Counted from the stretch's first letter, positions 7,085 through 16,252 are shown. The stretch is 64,000 nucleotides of DNA from Candidatus Flemingiibacterium sp. (GCA_045644145.1 JAZRGK010000016.1:7767-71766); one strand, 5' to 3'. A program made the numbers and translations. The notes: generated from the letters alone by a model not told the origin.

Positions 7085-8569
7085 ATGTTATTCAACTCAC
7101 TTGAATTTATGATCTTCTTCCCCATAGTGATTGCGGTATATTTTATACTGCCTCACAAGGTAAGGTATCTATGGCTTCTCGGGGCGAGCTATTTCTTTTA
7201 TATGCAGTGGAATGCGGCGTATGCGCTGCTTATGCTCACCTCTACGGTAATAACATATCTCTCCGGATATTTTATCGAAAAAGCGGACGCAAGACAAAGG
7301 GAAGGGCTTAAAAAACTGTGTGTTGCCATAAGCTTTACGTCAAATATCGCAATACTGTTCTTCTTTAAGTATTTCTACTTTATGATCGACAATCTTAATA
7401 CTGTTCTCGGACTTGCAGGTGCTTCGCCGCTGAATCCAAACTTTGACGTGCTTCTTCCAGTGGGCATATCATTCTATACCTTCCAAGCTCTCGGTTATAC
7501 CATGGACGTATACAGAAAAGATGTTGCCCATGAAAAGAATTTTTTCAGATACGCTCTGTTTGTATCGTTCTTCCCTCAGCTTGTTGCAGGCCCTATCGAA
7601 AGAAGCTCCAATCTTATACATCAGCTTCGTGAAAGACACTATTTTGATACCAAAAGAGCCGCACGCGGGCTTATGCTCATGCTTTGGGGCTTCTTCCAAA
7701 AGCTTGTTATCGCGGACAGAGCGGCGCTCTTTGTAAATACCGTATACAATAATCCCACTGCCGAAACAAGCAAGGGCTTCGCAGTAGCTATTGCCACGGT
7801 GCTGTTTGCTTTCCAGATCTACTGTGACTTTGCAAGCTATTCCAATATCGCAAAGGGCTGTGCTGAGGTTATGGGTATAACCCTTATGAAGAACTTTGAC
7901 ACGCCGTATTTTTCAAAGTCTATCGGCGAATTCTGGAGAAGATGGCATATATCCCTTTCATCTTGGTTCAGGGATTATCTGTACATACCGCTTGGCGGAA
8001 ACCGAAAGGGCGCTGTAAGAAAGAATTTCAATCTTCTTGTAGTATTTTTCATAAGCGGTCTTTGGCACGGCGCAAGCTGGAACTTCGTTATATGGGGACT
8101 TCTTAACGGAGTTTATCAGGTGGCAGGCTCATTTACAAAGCCATTCAGAAATAGCGTTTCAGTAAAACTTGGCAACAGAGAGAATTTCAGCGGAAAGCTT
8201 TTAAAGGTACTGGTTACATTCAGCCTTGTGTGCTTTTCGTGGATTTTCTTCAGAGCAAACAGAACCCTTGATGCCTTTGTGCTGATAAAGAATATGTTCT
8301 CCGAATTTAACCCCTGGATTTTCACCGACGGCACAATATTCGCTCTCGGTCTTGACAGAGGGGACATGTTTGTGCTTGGGCTTTCTCTTATGGTGCTTTT
8401 TATTGTGAGCGTGGCAAAATACAGAAATGTGGAAATACGGGAGTGGATATTTAAGCAGGGGATATGGTTCAGATATTTCGTATATCTGACGGCGATTTTT
8501 GCGGTGCTGATACTCGGTATCTACGGTGCAAACTACGACGCGGCATCGTTCATATATTTCCAGTTCTAA
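7085..8569 (+). CDS. MBOAT-family membrane O-acyltransferase (AlgI/DltB/PatA-like)
   Basis: 494 aa with an AAGGAG RBS. The N-terminus MLFNSLEFMIFFPIV is typical. The conserved His region is present (WRRWHISLSSWFRDYLYIPLGGNR...ISGLWHG). Confidence 0.9.
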   Translation: MLFNSLEFMIFFPIVIAVYFILPHKVRYLWLLGASYFFYMQWNAAYALLMLTSTVITYLSGYFIEKADARQREGLKKLCVAISFTSNIAILFFFKYFYFMIDNLNTVLGLAGASPLNPNFDVLLPVGISFYTFQALGYTMDVYRKDVAHEKNFFRYALFVSFFPQLVAGPIERSSNLIHQLRERHYFDTKRAARGLMLMLWGFFQKLVIADRAALFVNTVYNNPTAETSKGFAVAIATVLFAFQIYCDFASYSNIAKGCAEVMGITLMKNFDTPYFSKSIGEFWRRWHISLSSWFRDYLYIPLGGNRKGAVRKNFNLLVVFFISGLWHGASWNFVIWGLLNGVYQVAGSFTKPFRNSVSVKLGNRENFSGKLLKVLVTFSLVCFSWIFFRANRTLDAFVLIKNMFSEFNPWIFTDGTIFALGLDRGDMFVLGLSLMVLFIVSVAKYRNVEIREWIFKQGIWFRYFVYLTAIFAVLILGIYGANYDAASFIYFQF

Positions 8570-8581
8570 GGGGGAAAAGCA

Positions 8582-9604
8582 GTGAAAAAGAATGTAATAA
8601 AAATTGCAAAATTCATGCTCTTTATAGTGCTGTTTCTCTCTATTTACTCGTACACAAACGACGTTTTAAGAAACAAAAGCGAATCCGAAGCCTTCGGTGT
8701 TATAATGGAGCAGCCGAATAATACATATGATGTTATCCTTGCAGGCCCAAGTCATATGCAGTTTGCCGTTCAGCCGGCACAGCTTTTCGGTGAATACGGT
8801 ATTGCCGCATGTAATACATCCACCGCTGCACAGTCTATTCCCACAACATACTATGTTGTGAAGGAAATGATCGACCGACACGATCCGGAGCTTGTGTTAG
8901 TTGATCTTTTCTGCCTGTTCTATCCCGAAAATTACTTTGCGCCGGCAAGATTCCATCAGGCAATAGACAATTTTCCGCTATCCCTTAACAAGGCGGAAGC
9001 AATTATGGATCTTGCGGATGTGAGCAAATCGGAGTATTTTATTAACTATCTTCTGTATCACACACGCTGGAAAGAGCTTAGAAGATTTGATTATACTATA
9101 CATGATGAAAAAAACGAAACATATCAGCTCCTTACAGGTACATGGCCTTTTCCCGAACCCTTTACCCCCGATTTTGGAACTGCAGAGGTTCCGGCTGTTC
9201 CTTTGGAATATTTAAAAAAGATAACGGATCTATGCAAGGAAACTGACACAAAGCTTCTGCTTACGGTAATTCCCTACAGAGCGGATGTGGATAACAATGA
9301 TACATCTGCGGTGCTTCAGCAGCAGATGTACAATACGGTTGAACAGCTTGCGGCAGAGTGGGGTGTTGACTATTTCAACAGTCTGCACCATCTTGAGGAG
9401 ATAGGCTTCGATTTCACAACCGATATGGTTGAATTCAGCCATGTAAACGTATCCGGTGCTGAAAAGATATCCTCATATTACGGTAAGCTTATAAAAGATA
9501 ACTACGATATTCCCGACCGTTCTGAAGACGAGCGTTATGCGGAATGGTATGAGGATTACGAGGAGTATAGGACAAAGCTTGAAGAAGCAAAGACGCCTGC
9601 TTGA
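8582..9604 (+). CDS. Membrane-anchored extracytoplasmic protein, putative SGNH/DltD-like partner of the MBOAT enzyme
   Basis: 340 aa. GTG start follows GGGGGA, 12 nt downstream of the MBOAT stop. It has one N-terminal TM helix. Possible SGNH-type blocks are AGPSH and FSHVNVSGAEKI. The family assignment is tentative. Confidence 0.5.
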   Translation: MKKNVIKIAKFMLFIVLFLSIYSYTNDVLRNKSESEAFGVIMEQPNNTYDVILAGPSHMQFAVQPAQLFGEYGIAACNTSTAAQSIPTTYYVVKEMIDRHDPELVLVDLFCLFYPENYFAPARFHQAIDNFPLSLNKAEAIMDLADVSKSEYFINYLLYHTRWKELRRFDYTIHDEKNETYQLLTGTWPFPEPFTPDFGTAEVPAVPLEYLKKITDLCKETDTKLLLTVIPYRADVDNNDTSAVLQQQMYNTVEQLAAEWGVDYFNSLHHLEEIGFDFTTDMVEFSHVNVSGAEKISSYYGKLIKDNYDIPDRSEDERYAEWYEDYEEYRTKLEEAKTPA

Positions 9605-9619
9605 ATACTTAAGATGCAT

Positions 9620-9657
9620 AAAACGCCTGCTGGTTTTAACTGCCGGCAGGCGTTTTT
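9620..9657. terminator. Bidirectional terminator between the MBOAT operon and the DtxR-type gene
   Basis: Stem aaaacgcctgc-tgg/ccg-gcaggcgtttt (~15 bp) with a 9-nt loop. A-run on the 5' side and T-run on the 3' side. Confidence 0.7.
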
Positions 9658-9665
9658 GGTGCTTA

Positions 9666-10040
9666 TCAGATTTTCCCTTGCTCTTTCAGATATTTTTTTA
9701 CAGCCTCAAGGGATTTGTCACTTATGGCATGCTCAAGACGGCATGCATCCTCTGCCGCTGTTACCTCGTCAACGCCGAATGATACCAGCATGGCAGTCAG
9801 TACAGTATGGCGCTCGTAAATCTTCTCGGCGATCTCTCTGCCGAATTCCGTCAGCGTAAGAGTACCGTCAGCCGCCATTTTTATGTATCCGCCGTTTTTT
9901 AAAAGTCCCATAGCGCGGCTTACGCTGGGTTTTGAGTAACCCAGATGCTCACCAACGTCTATGGAGTGAACGTTTGTATTGCTTTTGGAAAGCACATATA
10001 TGGTTTCAAGGTACATTTCTCCCGATTCTTGCAGTCGCAC
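9666..10040 (-). CDS. DtxR/MntR-family metal-dependent transcriptional repressor
   Basis: 124 aa with a GTG start after AAAGGGGG. It reads MRLQESGEMYLETIYVLS...VHSIDVGEHLGYSKPSVSRAMGLLKNGGYI (wHTH), followed by a dimerisation helix region. Confidence 0.85.
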   Translation of the reverse strand: MRLQESGEMYLETIYVLSKSNTNVHSIDVGEHLGYSKPSVSRAMGLLKNGGYIKMAADGTLTLTEFGREIAEKIYERHTVLTAMLVSFGVDEVTAAEDACRLEHAISDKSLEAVKKYLKEQGKI

Positions 10041-10075
10041 AGAAATCGCCCCCTTTGTTTTGGATGATTAAGTAT

Positions 10076-10104
10076 ATTCTATCATACAAATATGAATTTT
10101 TCAA
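10076..10104 (-). promoter_or_regulatory. Candidate promoter of the DtxR-type gene
   Basis: Minus strand: TTGAAA (10104-10099), 17 nt spacer, TAGAAT (10081-10076). Confidence 0.5.
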
Positions 10105-10156
10105 GCACCGTAAAATATTTTACCATCCACTGTTGTGCAGTATGTACAACCGTTGA

Positions 10157-10172
10157 GTTAGTCTTGGCTAAC
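10157..10172. promoter_or_regulatory. Candidate metalloregulator operator 1 (GTTAG-N6-CTAAC)
   Basis: GTTAGtcttggCTAAC lies in the divergent region between the DtxR-type gene and feoA. Confidence 0.5.
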
Positions 10173-10215
10173 CAATTGTTGAATTGCCGAAATCTAAAAA
10201 ATATAATAAACTGTA

Positions 10216-10244
10216 TTGACAATTTTTTCATATTGTTGTATAAT
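10216..10244 (+). promoter_or_regulatory. Sigma-A type promoter of feoA-feoB
   Basis: TTGACA (10216-10221), 17 nt spacer, TATAAT (10239-10244). Confidence 0.7.
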
Positions 10245-10252
10245 TAATGGCA

Positions 10253-10268
10253 GTTAGCATGGACTAAC
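10253..10268. promoter_or_regulatory. Candidate metalloregulator operator 2 (GTTAG-N6-CTAAC) at the feoA transcription start
   Basis: GTTAGcatggaCTAAC begins 9 nt after the -10 hexamer, the classic repressor position. Confidence 0.6.
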
Positions 10269-10303
10269 CGATGCAAAATTTCCGTTACCAGAGGTGGAAA
10301 ACA

Positions 10304-10525
10304 ATGAAAACTTTAAAGGATACCAAGATTGGAGCTACCGCAAAGGTTGTAAAACTTCACGGAGAGGGCGCTATAAAGCGTCGTATCATGGATATGGGAA
10401 TAACCAAAGGAATCGAGATAACAGTTCGTAAAGCGGCACCTCTTGGCGATCCGCTTGAGCTTACTGTTCGTGGATATGAGCTTTCACTTCGCAAATCTGA
10501 CGCGGAGATGATCGAAGTAGAATAA
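10304..10525 (+). CDS. feoA: Ferrous iron transport protein A
   Basis: 73 aa with a GAGGTGG RBS 6 nt upstream. It reads MKTLKDTKIGATAKVVKLHGEGAIKRRIMDMGITKG...LELTVRGYELSLRKSDAEMIEVE, a typical FeoA SH3-like domain. Confidence 0.9.
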   Translation: MKTLKDTKIGATAKVVKLHGEGAIKRRIMDMGITKGIEITVRKAAPLGDPLELTVRGYELSLRKSDAEMIEVE

Positions 10526-10562
10526 TACCGAGAGCTATGCTCTCGGTAAAAACACAGATGCA

Positions 10563-10578
10563 GTTAGCTAACGCTAAT
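10563..10578. promoter_or_regulatory. Third GTTAG-N6-CTAAt site in the feoA-feoB spacer
   Basis: GTTAGctaacgCTAAT. The first 10 nt (GTTAGCTAAC) are themselves a perfect palindrome. The site lies in the loop of a 6-bp hairpin (atgcag/ctgcat). Confidence 0.4.
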
Positions 10579-10617
10579 CGTCTGCATGGAAATAGTATAC
10601 GGAAAGGATAAAATCCA

Positions 10618-12762
10618 ATGAATCTCAGAATCGCAATTGCCGGAAATCCCAATTCCGGTAAAACTACGCTTTTTAATGTGCTTACCGGTTCTAATCAGTT
10701 TGTTGGCAACTGGCCTGGTGTAACCGTTGAAAAGAAAGAAGGAAAACTGAAAAACCACGAGGGTGTGACAGTTACAGATCTCCCCGGAATTTATTCTCTG
10801 TCGCCGTACACGCTGGAGGAGGTGGTGGCGAGAAATTATCTTGTGGGAGAGCGTCCGGATGCCATCCTTAACATAATTGACGGTACAAATCTTGAACGTA
10901 ACCTTTATCTTACTACGCAGCTTACCGAGCTTGGAATACCGGTGGTTGTTGCCATAAATATGATGGACGTGGTGTCAAAAAACGGGGACGTTATAAATAT
11001 TCCGGAGCTTTCAAAGGCGCTCGGCTGCAAGGTTGTGGAAATATCAGCGTTGAAAGAAACGGGAATAGCTGAGGCTGCAGAGGCGGCTATTGAAGCTGCT
11101 AAAAACGGAAAGATAGTTCCACAGCATATTTTTTCCGGCGCCGTTGAGCATGCCATCGCTCATATAGAGGAGGCGTGCTTACACGATATGCCGGCAGAAA
11201 TGCAGAGATGGTATGCGGTGAAAATATTCGAGCGCGACAGCAAAGTGACGGATCAGCTTGGGATTCAAAAGGAAATTCTGGATCATATGGAGTTCGACAT
11301 TGTCTCGGCGGAAAGAGAGCTTGACGATGATGCAGAGTCCATAATTGCCAACGACAGATATGTATACATAACCAACATAACAAAAAAATGTTACAAGAAA
11401 AAGAATGCGGGTAAGCTATCCGTATCGGATAAGATAGACCGAATCGTAACAAACCGCATCCTCGCTCTTCCCATTTTTGCGCTTGTCATGTTCTGCGTTT
11501 ACTATATTTCCGTAACTACGGTAGGCGCATGGGCTACTGATTGGACTAATGATGTGCTGTTTGGTGAGATAATTCCGCCGGCTGTGGAGAGCTTCCTTGT
11601 TTCGGTAGGGTGTGCTGACTGGCTTCAGGGGCTGATACTCGACGGTATCGTTGGGGGTGTAGGCTCTGTACTTGGATTCGTTCCGCAGATGCTTGTTCTC
11701 TTTATTTTACTTGCCTTTTTGGAGGCTTGCGGCTATATGGCACGCATAGCGTTCATAATGGACCGTATTTTTAGAAAATTCGGTCTTTCCGGAAAATCTT
11801 TTATTCCGATACTTATTGGAACCGGATGCGGTGTTCCCGGTATTATGGCTTCCCGAACCATTGAAAATGCCCGTGACCGCAGGATGACCATTATTACCAC
11901 TACCTTTATACCCTGCAGTGCCAAGCTCCCTGTGATCGCGCTTATCGCCGGTGCGCTGTTCGACGGTGCGTGGTGGGTTGCTCCAAGCGCATATTTCATC
12001 GGAATTGCATCAATAGTTATTTCCGGTATTATGTTAAAAAAGACAAGGCTGTTTGCCGGCGATCCCGCTCCGTTTGTAATGGAGCTTCCGCCTTACCATA
12101 TGCCTACATTTACAAACATCATGCGTTCTATGTGGGAGCGCGGATGGTCGTTTATCAAAAAGGCGGGAACGGTTATTTTGCTTTCCGCAATCATACTGTG
12201 GTTCCTTCAGAGCTTCGGCTATGAAAATGGCGCTTTTGGCATGGTTGAAGACCTCAACAATTCCTTGCTTGCGGTTGTCGGTAAGCCGTTGGCAATCATT
12301 TTCATTCCTCTTGGATTCGGATTTTGGCAGGCGGCTGTTGCAGTTATCACCGGACTTATCGCAAAGGAAAATGTGGTGGCTACCTTTGGGCTTCTCTACG
12401 GCTTTGCCGAGGTTGCAGAGGACGGTGCCGAGATATGGGGACATCTTACCGATCCTGCAGCCGGATTTGCAGGCGGTCTTGCCGCGTATTCCTTCCTCGT
12501 GTTCAATCTCCTCTGTGCGCCTTGCTTTGCGGCAATGGGTGCCATTAAGCGTGAAATGAATAACGGAAAGTGGACGGCGTTTGCTATCGCATACCAGTGC
12601 ATATTCGCGTATGCAATATCGCTTATTATCTACCAGTTTGGCTCAGCGATAAGCGGCGATCTCAATATTACAGGGCTTATAGCGGCAATAGTTGCTGCGA
12701 CGTTTATGGTATATATGCTTGTTCGTCCGTACAAAGAAGCGACAACACCTTATCGTAAGTAA
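10618..12762 (+). CDS. feoB: Ferrous iron transport protein B
   Basis: 714 aa. The N-terminal G domain reads IAIAGNPNSGKTTLFNVLTG...DLPGIYSL, followed by a large polytopic membrane domain. Confidence 0.95.
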   Translation: MNLRIAIAGNPNSGKTTLFNVLTGSNQFVGNWPGVTVEKKEGKLKNHEGVTVTDLPGIYSLSPYTLEEVVARNYLVGERPDAILNIIDGTNLERNLYLTTQLTELGIPVVVAINMMDVVSKNGDVINIPELSKALGCKVVEISALKETGIAEAAEAAIEAAKNGKIVPQHIFSGAVEHAIAHIEEACLHDMPAEMQRWYAVKIFERDSKVTDQLGIQKEILDHMEFDIVSAERELDDDAESIIANDRYVYITNITKKCYKKKNAGKLSVSDKIDRIVTNRILALPIFALVMFCVYYISVTTVGAWATDWTNDVLFGEIIPPAVESFLVSVGCADWLQGLILDGIVGGVGSVLGFVPQMLVLFILLAFLEACGYMARIAFIMDRIFRKFGLSGKSFIPILIGTGCGVPGIMASRTIENARDRRMTIITTTFIPCSAKLPVIALIAGALFDGAWWVAPSAYFIGIASIVISGIMLKKTRLFAGDPAPFVMELPPYHMPTFTNIMRSMWERGWSFIKKAGTVILLSAIILWFLQSFGYENGAFGMVEDLNNSLLAVVGKPLAIIFIPLGFGFWQAAVAVITGLIAKENVVATFGLLYGFAEVAEDGAEIWGHLTDPAAGFAGGLAAYSFLVFNLLCAPCFAAMGAIKREMNNGKWTAFAIAYQCIFAYAISLIIYQFGSAISGDLNITGLIAAIVAATFMVYMLVRPYKEATTPYRK

Positions 12763-12790
12763 ATATTTCGTGAAAAAGGATTATATAGAG

Positions 12791-12967
12791 ATGATTGAGT
12801 GGCTTACAGGCAATATTGCTACGATAGTTATAGCGCTTGTGCTTGCTGTAGCTGTAGTTGCTATAATTATGAATATGCGACGTGAAAAAAAGCACGGACG
12901 CTCGTGTGGATGTGGATGTGACTGCAGTTCGTGTACTGTGTGCCAAGTTGGCAAAGATGAAAAGTAA
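12791..12967 (+). CDS. FeoB-associated Cys-rich membrane peptide
   Basis: 58 aa with an AAAGGA RBS. It has one TM helix followed by GRSCGCGCDCSSCTVC. It lies 28 nt after feoB. Confidence 0.7.
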   Translation: MIEWLTGNIATIVIALVLAVAVVAIIMNMRREKKHGRSCGCGCDCSSCTVCQVGKDEK

Positions 12968-13079
12968 ATATATCTGTTTTCTCCCGAAAGAAAAAACGGT
13001 TTTTATATCTCTCTCCAAGGATTTCCGCCGGAAGATTGTTGACAGATTTCTTTCTAAAGTAATCATAGCTATTAAAAGT

Positions 13080-13110
13080 ATCGCCGTGCATATGCACGGC
13101 GATGCTTTTG
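13080..13110 (+). terminator. Terminator of the feo operon
   Basis: Perfect 24-nt palindrome atcgccgtgcat/atgcacggcgat (13080-13103), followed by gcttttgtgtg. Confidence 0.65.
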
Positions 13111-13226
13111 TGTGTTAAAAATGTGAGGTATGTTTTAAACTTGTGTTGAATTTTGATGTGATATGTGATATAATTATAAAAATAGATGATTGGAAACGGA
13201 ACAGAAAGATTTTGTGAGGATATAAA

Positions 13227-14246
13227 ATGAATATTTTAAAAAGCACTGCAATAATAATTCCGGGCTTGGCTGTATCAATTTTTATAGCAATAATCGCCAA
13301 AACTGTAGAAAGCCTTTTGCCTGTTCATCTTATCGGAGCATCGGTCATAGCTTTGTTTTTGGGCATGGCAATAAACCGTTTTTGGAAACCGGATTTTCTT
13401 AAGACAGGTATAAAATTCACTTCAAAAAAAGTGTTAAAATTCGCGATTATACTCCTTGGCGCATCGCTTAGTGTAAAGGTGATTATTTCTGTTGGAAGAA
13501 TCTCTCTTACAGTGATGCTGTTCACCCTTCTTACATGCTTCGGCGGCGGTCATTTCATCGGAAAAGCATTAAAATTGAACTGGAAGCTGTCGAATCTGAT
13601 TTCTGCCGGAACCGGCATCTGTGGTGGTTCTGCCATTGCGGCTATAGCTCCCGTCATTGATGCGGACGATTCGGATATCGCCTACGCTATGTCCGCAACA
13701 TTTCTCTTTGATATGGCAATGATCGTGCTATTCCCGATTATGGGCAGAATGATAGGACTCAGTGACATGGCATACGGTCTGTGGGCAGGGACTGCCGTAA
13801 ATGACACCTCAAGTGTAGTAGCGGCAGGTTATGCGTTCAGCGAAGGCGCAGGCGATTTTGCTACTATGGTGAAGCTTACAAGGACATTGTCCATAATCCC
13901 TACTGTGCTCGTTTTCTCCTTTATCAACTTAAGGCTGAAGCGGAAGGAGCAGGCTGATGCAGAATATACTAAGGTAAATATATGGAAGCTGTTTCCGTGG
14001 TTTATTGTGGGATTCTTAGCGCTTGCGGCGGTTAACAGCCTCGGCTTTATCCCGACCGGAGTTTCTGCAATCGCAAAAGACGCAAGCAAATTTCTGATGG
14101 TATCGGCACTTGCAGCTATCGGTCTTAACACAAGCTTCGCAGATATGAAAAAATCGGGAATCGCCCCTATGATTCATGGATTTATTATATCCGCACTTGT
14201 GGTAATTGTTGCTATCGGCATTGAGTGGTGTATCGGACTTGTATAA
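13227..14246 (+). CDS. YeiH/UPF0324-family membrane protein (putative sulfate exporter family)
   Basis: 339 aa with a GAGGA RBS. The polytopic membrane protein has the characteristic GTGICGGSAIAA and WAGTAVNDTSSVVAAG segments. Confidence 0.8.
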   Translation: MNILKSTAIIIPGLAVSIFIAIIAKTVESLLPVHLIGASVIALFLGMAINRFWKPDFLKTGIKFTSKKVLKFAIILLGASLSVKVIISVGRISLTVMLFTLLTCFGGGHFIGKALKLNWKLSNLISAGTGICGGSAIAAIAPVIDADDSDIAYAMSATFLFDMAMIVLFPIMGRMIGLSDMAYGLWAGTAVNDTSSVVAAGYAFSEGAGDFATMVKLTRTLSIIPTVLVFSFINLRLKRKEQADAEYTKVNIWKLFPWFIVGFLALAAVNSLGFIPTGVSAIAKDASKFLMVSALAAIGLNTSFADMKKSGIAPMIHGFIISALVVIVAIGIEWCIGLV

Positions 14247-14304
14247 GGTGCGGTAAATCGCAAGTAAATGCGGCGGATGTATGCCGCGGAACGGAGATTG
14301 CAAA

Positions 14305-15723
14305 ATGAACTTTCCTCGGCGCTTGTACGCCCCCGATTATATGGTGAAGCCCTCGCAGAAGATGCAGGAATCATATAACACGGCGGATATATATATAAGC
14401 TTCATAAAGGTAGCATGGCCTGCGGTTTTAGAGGCGGTGCTTCTTGGACTTGTGAATTTTGTGGATTCAATTATGGTAAGTACCCAAGGTGCGACGGCTG
14501 TTGCGGCAGTGGGACTTACCACACAGCCACGCATGCTTTTCTACGCCGTATTCTTTGCTATGAGCATAGGAATTACTGCAATAATATCGCGCCGAAAGGG
14601 CGAGAACGATAGGGAAGATGCCAACAGGTGTCTTTCTCAGGCGATTTCGGTGTGCATTATCCTTGGCATCATAATTATAAGCACGGCTATTATTTTTGCT
14701 GAGCCGCTTCTTAGGTTCAGCGGTGCCAAAGAGGATACATTGCCCATGTCGGTGCCCTATTTCAGAATTACCATGATAGGTATGTTTTTCACAGCAATCG
14801 GTCTTGCCATAAATGCCGGTCAGCGAGGCTCTGGCAACACGCGGATATCCATGACTACAAACATGACCGCTAATATTGTCAACTGCATATTCAATGCTCT
14901 GCTTATCAACGGGTTATTCTTCTTTCCGAAATTAGGTGTAACAGGAGCGGCTATAGCTACAATGCTTGGTAATATGGTGTCTTTTGCCATGTCGGTGTAT
15001 TCGGTATCGAAGAAAGACCGTTTTCTTTACATAAAGCCCAATATGCTCTTCAAATTCAAGACGGAAAGCTTGAGGCTTATTGCCAAAATATCAAGCTCGG
15101 CGGCGGTTGAGCAGGTGTTTATGCGGTTCGGATTTTTCGTCATAGCAAAAATGGTGGCGGAGCTTAGCACAATGGAATTTGCTACCCATACTATCTGCAT
15201 GAATATAATCAATCTGTCATTCTGCTTCGGTGATGGGCTTGGGGTGGCGGCGGCATCGCTTGTTGGGCAGAATCTGGGAAAACGCCGACCGGATATGTCC
15301 ATAATCTATGGTAAAAGTGCACAGCGTATCGGTTTTGCGATTTCGGTATTACTGATGGCACTGTTCTTCTTTGGCGGCGAATTTTTAATGAAGCTATTTA
15401 TGACTAAAGGGGAGCCGGAGGCGGCTTCAATTATAAGCACCGGAGTAATAATCCTGCGGATTTTGGCGCTTATAACACCTGCGCAGGTATCTCAAGTGCT
15501 GTTCAGCGGATGTGTGCGCGGCGCGGGTGATACCAAATACGCTGCTATGGTGAGCCTTGTATCTATTGCCGCGGAACGACCGCTCCTTACATATCTGATG
15601 TGCTATGTATTCGGATTCGGAGTTGTGGGGGCATGGATAGCCATGGCTGTGGATCAATATCTGCGACTTTCGCTTATGGCGTTACGCTTTTCCGGAGGAA
15701 AATGGGCGAAGATCAAGGTGTAA
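14305..15723 (+). CDS. MATE-family efflux transporter
   Basis: 472 aa from ATG 14305, with GGAGA 7 nt upstream. Alternative starts are 14281, 14341 and 14362. It shows a 12-TM MATE pattern (FIKVAWPAVLEAVLLGLVNFVDSIMV...). Confidence 0.85.
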   Translation: MNFPRRLYAPDYMVKPSQKMQESYNTADIYISFIKVAWPAVLEAVLLGLVNFVDSIMVSTQGATAVAAVGLTTQPRMLFYAVFFAMSIGITAIISRRKGENDREDANRCLSQAISVCIILGIIIISTAIIFAEPLLRFSGAKEDTLPMSVPYFRITMIGMFFTAIGLAINAGQRGSGNTRISMTTNMTANIVNCIFNALLINGLFFFPKLGVTGAAIATMLGNMVSFAMSVYSVSKKDRFLYIKPNMLFKFKTESLRLIAKISSSAAVEQVFMRFGFFVIAKMVAELSTMEFATHTICMNIINLSFCFGDGLGVAAASLVGQNLGKRRPDMSIIYGKSAQRIGFAISVLLMALFFFGGEFLMKLFMTKGEPEAASIISTGVIILRILALITPAQVSQVLFSGCVRGAGDTKYAAMVSLVSIAAERPLLTYLMCYVFGFGVVGAWIAMAVDQYLRLSLMALRFSGGKWAKIKV

Positions 15724-15761
15724 GCACACGCTTGCCCTATGATTTATAAAAGGAGAAATAA

Positions 15762-16094
15762 ATGAAAATAACTGTTGATGTTTTAGAGAAGTACTTGTTT
15801 GAGCGGTACGGTGAATGGGCGAATGAGCAAGGTCTTTTTTTAAAGCTTGTGGAAGAAATGGGTGAGGTTGCAGAGGTCATCAACATGCGCTCCGGAGCTA
15901 AAAAAGCATCGGAAGGAGATTTGCAGGCGGAGCTTGGTACGGAGCTTGCAGATATGATTCACTATATCGTCGCCATAGCCGCAATAAACGATATTGATCT
16001 CACGAAGATTATGCTTGAAAAAGATAAAAAAGCATCGTTAAAATATAATCACAGCATCAATTTGGAAACCTTTATTTCACAGAGTGGAATATAG
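15762..16094 (+). CDS. MazG-like nucleotide pyrophosphohydrolase domain protein
   Basis: 110 aa with an AAGGAG RBS. The EEMGEVAEVI...ELADMIHYIVAIA motif pair is typical of the all-alpha NTP-PPase fold. Confidence 0.75.
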   Translation: MKITVDVLEKYLFERYGEWANEQGLFLKLVEEMGEVAEVINMRSGAKKASEGDLQAELGTELADMIHYIVAIAAINDIDLTKIMLEKDKKASLKYNHSINLETFISQSGI

Positions 16095-16152
16095 TTTCTA
16101 TAAGAAATGTGCACAGTTTATATTTGATCGTATAATATAGCTTATTTAAAAT

Positions 16153-16184
16153 GGCGGTCTTTTCAGATCGCCTTTTCGCGTTTT
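16153..16184 (+). terminator. Terminator after the mazG-like gene
   Basis: 8-bp stem ggcggtct/agatcgcc with loop tttc, then ttttcgcgtttt. Confidence 0.6.
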
Positions 16185-16223
16185 ATATCAAGCGATATTT
16201 TTCGTAAAAATTTCAAAAACCTA

Positions 16224-16252
16224 TTGACAAACGTGCGTGAATAGTGTATAAT
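16224..16252 (+). promoter_or_regulatory. Sigma-A type promoter of the tRNA-Arg/tRNA-His operon
   Basis: TTGACA (16224-16229), 17 nt spacer, TATAAT (16247-16252). It lies 27 nt upstream of tRNA-Arg. Confidence 0.7.
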
